A stretch of DNA of 64,000 bases from Escherichia coli (GTDB lineage Bacteria > Pseudomonadota > Gammaproteobacteria > Enterobacterales > Enterobacteriaceae), in assembly GCF_051903065.1 (NCBI RefSeq), contig NZ_CP178438.1, one strand, 5' to 3'. Shown here one piece after another: positions 60,817-64,000 of the stretch (positions are counted from its first letter, which is position 1; each line of letters starts with the position of its first letter). A program made the position numbers and the translations under genes. The notes under the pieces were generated by a model. That model saw only the letters and a list, made by a program, of their open reading frames with translations, was not told the DNA's origin and did no database searches.

Positions 60817-62097
60817 GTGTCAAAGGCAACCGAACAAAACGACAAGCTCAAGCGGGCGATAATTATTTCAGCAGTGCTGCATGTCATCTTATTTGCGGCG
60901 CTGATCTGGAGTTCGTTCGATGAGAATATAGAAGCTTCAGCCGGAGGCGGCGGTGGTTCGTCCATCGACGCTGTCATGGTTGATTCAGGTGCGGTAGTTG
61001 AGCAGTACAAACGCATGCAAAGCCAGGAATCAAGCGCGAAGCGTTCTGATGAGCAGCGCAAGATGAAGGAACAGCAGGCTGCTGAAGAACTGCGTGAGAA
61101 ACAAGCGGCTGAACAGGAACGCCTGAAGCAACTTGAGAAAGAGCGGTTAGCTGCTCAGGAACAGAAAAAGCAGGCTGAAGAAGCCGCAAAACAGGCCGAG
61201 TTAAAGCAGAAGCAAGCGGAAGAGGCGGCAGCGAAAGCGGCGGCAGATGCTAAAGCGAAGGCCGAAGCGGATGCTAAAGCTGCGGAAGAAGCAGCGAAGA
61301 AAGCGGCTGCAGACGCGAAGAAAAAAGCAGAAGCAGAAGCCGCCAAAGCCGCAGCCGAAGCGCAGAAAAAAGCCGAGGCAGCAGCTGCGGCGCTGAAGAA
61401 GAAAGCGGAAGCGGCAGAAGCAGCTGCAGCTGAAGCAAGAAAGAAAGCGGCAACTGAAGCTGCTGAAAAAGCCAAGGCAGAAGCTGAGAAGAAAGCGGCT
61501 GCTGAAAAGGCTGCAGCTGATAAGAAAGCGGCAGCAGAGAAAGCTGCAGCCGACAAAAAAGCAGCAGAAAAAGCGGCTGCAGAAAAGGCAGCAGCTGATA
61601 AGAAAGCAGCGGCAGAAAAAGCCGCCGCAGACAAAAAAGCGGCAGCTGCAAAAGCAGCAGCTGAAAAAGCAGCAGCTGAAAAAGCCGCTGCAGCAAAAGC
61701 TGCCGCAGAGGCAGATGATATTTTCGGTGAGCTAAGCTCTGGTAAGAATGCACCGAAAACGGGGGGAGGGGCGAAAGGGAACAATGCTTCGCCTGCCGGG
61801 AGTGGTAATACTAAAAACAATGGCGCATCAGGGGCCGATATCAATAACTATGCCGGGCAGATTAAATCTGCTATCGAAAGTAAGTTCTATGACGCATCGT
61901 CCTATGCAGGCAAAACCTGTACGCTGCGCATAAAACTGGCACCCGATGGTATGTTACTGGATATCAAACCTGAAGGTGGCGATCCCGCACTTTGTCAAGC
62001 TGCGTTGGCAGCAGCTAAACTTGCGAAGATCCCGAAACCACCAAGCCAGGCAGTATATGAAGTGTTCAAAAACGCGCCATTGGACTTCAAACCGTAA
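60817..62097 (+). CDS. tolA: Tol-Pal system protein TolA
   Basis: 426-aa ORF with GTG start: N-terminal TM anchor, long Ala/Lys/Glu-rich helical domain II encoded by tandem repeats, C-terminal domain III. Confidence 0.9.
   Translation: MSKATEQNDKLKRAIIISAVLHVILFAALIWSSFDENIEASAGGGGGSSIDAVMVDSGAVVEQYKRMQSQESSAKRSDEQRKMKEQQAAEELREKQAAEQERLKQLEKERLAAQEQKKQAEEAAKQAELKQKQAEEAAAKAAADAKAKAEADAKAAEEAAKKAAADAKKKAEAEAAKAAAEAQKKAEAAAAALKKKAEAAEAAAAEARKKAATEAAEKAKAEAEKKAAAEKAAADKKAAAEKAAADKKAAEKAAAEKAAADKKAAAEKAAADKKAAAAKAAAEKAAAEKAAAAKAAAEADDIFGELSSGKNAPKTGGGAKGNNASPAGSGNTKNNGASGADINNYAGQIKSAIESKFYDASSYAGKTCTLRIKLAPDGMLLDIKPEGGDPALCQAALAAAKLAKIPKPPSQAVYEVFKNAPLDFKP
61180..61720 (+). repeat. tandem degenerate repeats encoding the TolA domain II (A/K/E/D-rich helix)
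   Basis: Repeated units of the form aaa-gcg/gca-gca-gct-ga(a/t)-aag (…KAAAEKAAADKKAAAEKAAADKK…) seen directly in the sequence. Confidence 0.85.
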
Positions 62098-62226
62098 TCG
62101 CGATGCTGACTGTTCCGACGGTCAACATCAGGCACCGGTTGCCACGGGGTTCTGGTAGTTTTGTGTATTTTAGTTTGTTAACATTCTGCTAAATTATCGT
62201 GGGCCATCGGTCCAGATAAGGGAGAT

Positions 62227-63522
62227 ATGATGAAGCAGGCATTACGAGTAGCATTTGGTTTTCTCATATTGTGGGCATCAGTTCTTCATGCTGAAGTCCG
62301 CATTGTGATCGACAGCGGTGTAGATTCCGGTCGTCCTATTGGAGTTGTTCCTTTCCAGTGGGCGGGCCCTGGTGCGGCACCTGAAGATATTGGCGGCATC
62401 GTTGCTGCCGACTTGCGTAACAGCGGTAAATTTAATCCGTTAGATCGCGCTCGTCTGCCACAGCAGCCGGGTAGTGCGCAGGAAGTACAACCAGCTGCAT
62501 GGTCCGCGCTGGGTATTGACGCTGTAGTTGTCGGTCAGGTCACTCCGAATCCGGATGGTTCTTACAATGTTGCTTATCAACTTGTTGACACTGGCGGCGC
62601 ACCGGGTACTGTACTTGCTCAGAACTCGTACAAAGTGAACAAGCAGTGGCTGCGTTATGCTGGTCATACCGCCAGTGATGAAGTGTTTGAAAAACTGACC
62701 GGTATTAAAGGTGCGTTCCGTACCCGTATTGCCTACGTTGTTCAGACCAACGGCGGTCAGTTCCCGTATGAACTGCGCGTATCTGACTATGACGGTTACA
62801 ACCAGTTTGTCGTTCACCGTTCACCACAGCCGCTGATGTCCCCGGCGTGGTCACCAGACGGTTCTAAACTGGCTTATGTGACCTTCGAAAGCGGTCGTTC
62901 CGCGCTGGTTATCCAAACGCTGGCAAACGGCGCTGTACGTCAGGTGGCTTCATTCCCGCGTCACAACGGTGCGCCTGCATTCTCGCCAGACGGCAGCAAA
63001 CTGGCATTCGCGTTGTCGAAAACCGGTAGCCTGAACCTGTACGTAATGGATTTGGCTTCTGGTCAGATCCGCCAGGTGACTGATGGTCGCAGTAACAATA
63101 CCGAACCGACCTGGTTCCCGGACAGCCAGAACCTGGCATTTACTTCTGACCAGGCCGGTCGTCCACAGGTTTATAAAGTGAATATCAACGGCGGTGCGCC
63201 ACAACGTATTACCTGGGAAGGTTCGCAGAACCAGGATGCGGATGTCAGCAGCGACGGTAAATTTATGGTAATGGTCAGCTCCAACGGTGGGCAGCAGCAC
63301 ATTGCCAAACAAGATCTGGCAACGGGAGGCGTACAAGTTCTGTCGTCCACGTTCCTGGATGAAACGCCAAGTCTGGCACCTAACGGCACTATGGTAATCT
63401 ACAGCTCTTCTCAGGGGATGGGATCCGTGCTGAATTTGGTTTCTACAGATGGGCGTTTCAAAGCGCGTCTTCCGGCAACTGATGGACAGGTCAAATTCCC
63501 TGCCTGGTCGCCGTATCTGTGA
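62227..63522 (+). CDS. tolB: Tol-Pal system periplasmic protein TolB
   Basis: 431-aa ORF with signal peptide (…ILWASVLHA) and beta-propeller repeats; the real start may be the second Met (62230). Confidence 0.95.
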   Translation: MMKQALRVAFGFLILWASVLHAEVRIVIDSGVDSGRPIGVVPFQWAGPGAAPEDIGGIVAADLRNSGKFNPLDRARLPQQPGSAQEVQPAAWSALGIDAVVVGQVTPNPDGSYNVAYQLVDTGGAPGTVLAQNSYKVNKQWLRYAGHTASDEVFEKLTGIKGAFRTRIAYVVQTNGGQFPYELRVSDYDGYNQFVVHRSPQPLMSPAWSPDGSKLAYVTFESGRSALVIQTLANGAVRQVASFPRHNGAPAFSPDGSKLAFALSKTGSLNLYVMDLASGQIRQVTDGRSNNTEPTWFPDSQNLAFTSDQAGRPQVYKVNINGGAPQRITWEGSQNQDADVSSDGKFMVMVSSNGGQQHIAKQDLATGGVQVLSSTFLDETPSLAPNGTMVIYSSSQGMGSVLNLVSTDGRFKARLPATDGQVKFPAWSPYL

Positions 63523-63532
63523 TAATAATTAA

Positions 63533-64000
<468 letters not shown>

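Noticed and set aside
61155-61844. 229-aa and 159-aa minus-strand ORFs across the tolA repeat tract; also considered as a possible CRISPR-like array
   Set aside because: They are products of the tandem Ala/Lys-codon repeats of tolA; the repeats are degenerate and in-frame coding, without the repeat-spacer periodicity of CRISPR.

Overview
This window reads as an Escherichia coli-type core chromosome segment with a few accessory insertions. Gene order, from sequence: nagE (3' part), glnS, chiP-chiQ, fur-uof-fldA, ybfE, ybfF, seqA-pgm, kdpE-kdpD-kdpC-kdpB-kdpA-kdpF, ybfA, an Rhs (rhsC-type) polymorphic-toxin locus with a frameshifted ISAs1/H-repeat transposase, ybgA-phr, dtpD, ybgI-pxpBCA-nei, abrB, the ybgD-ybgQ-ybgP-ybgO chaperone-usher fimbrial operon, gltA, sdhCDAB-sucABCD, an IS1 copy, a truncated LysR-type regulator, an IS903-like element, cydA-cydB-cydX-ybgE, ybgC-tolQ-tolR-tolA-tolB and the start of pal. 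Gene names rest on my recognition of the translated proteins and on gene order recalled from the K-12 map; no database search was possible. I found no tRNA, rRNA, CRISPR array or prophage. The accessory and unusual content is concentrated in three places. (1) The Rhs toxin tip with an overlapping immunity-like ORF, followed by an orphan toxin remnant and a second immunity-like ORF. (2) The sucD-cydA interval, where IS1 (with an intact 9-bp target duplication) and an IS903-like element (with no target duplication) bracket a 3'-truncated, AT-rich LysR-family gene at the position where I recall mngR-mngA-mngB in K-12. (3) The pgm-kdpE junction, which is only about 175 bp of REP sequence where I recall ybfP-ybfGH-potE-speF in K-12. 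I do not see convincing evidence of a wholly novel multi-gene system; the Rhs toxin/immunity module, whose toxin domain has no motif I can recognise, is the best candidate for something functionally uncharacterised.
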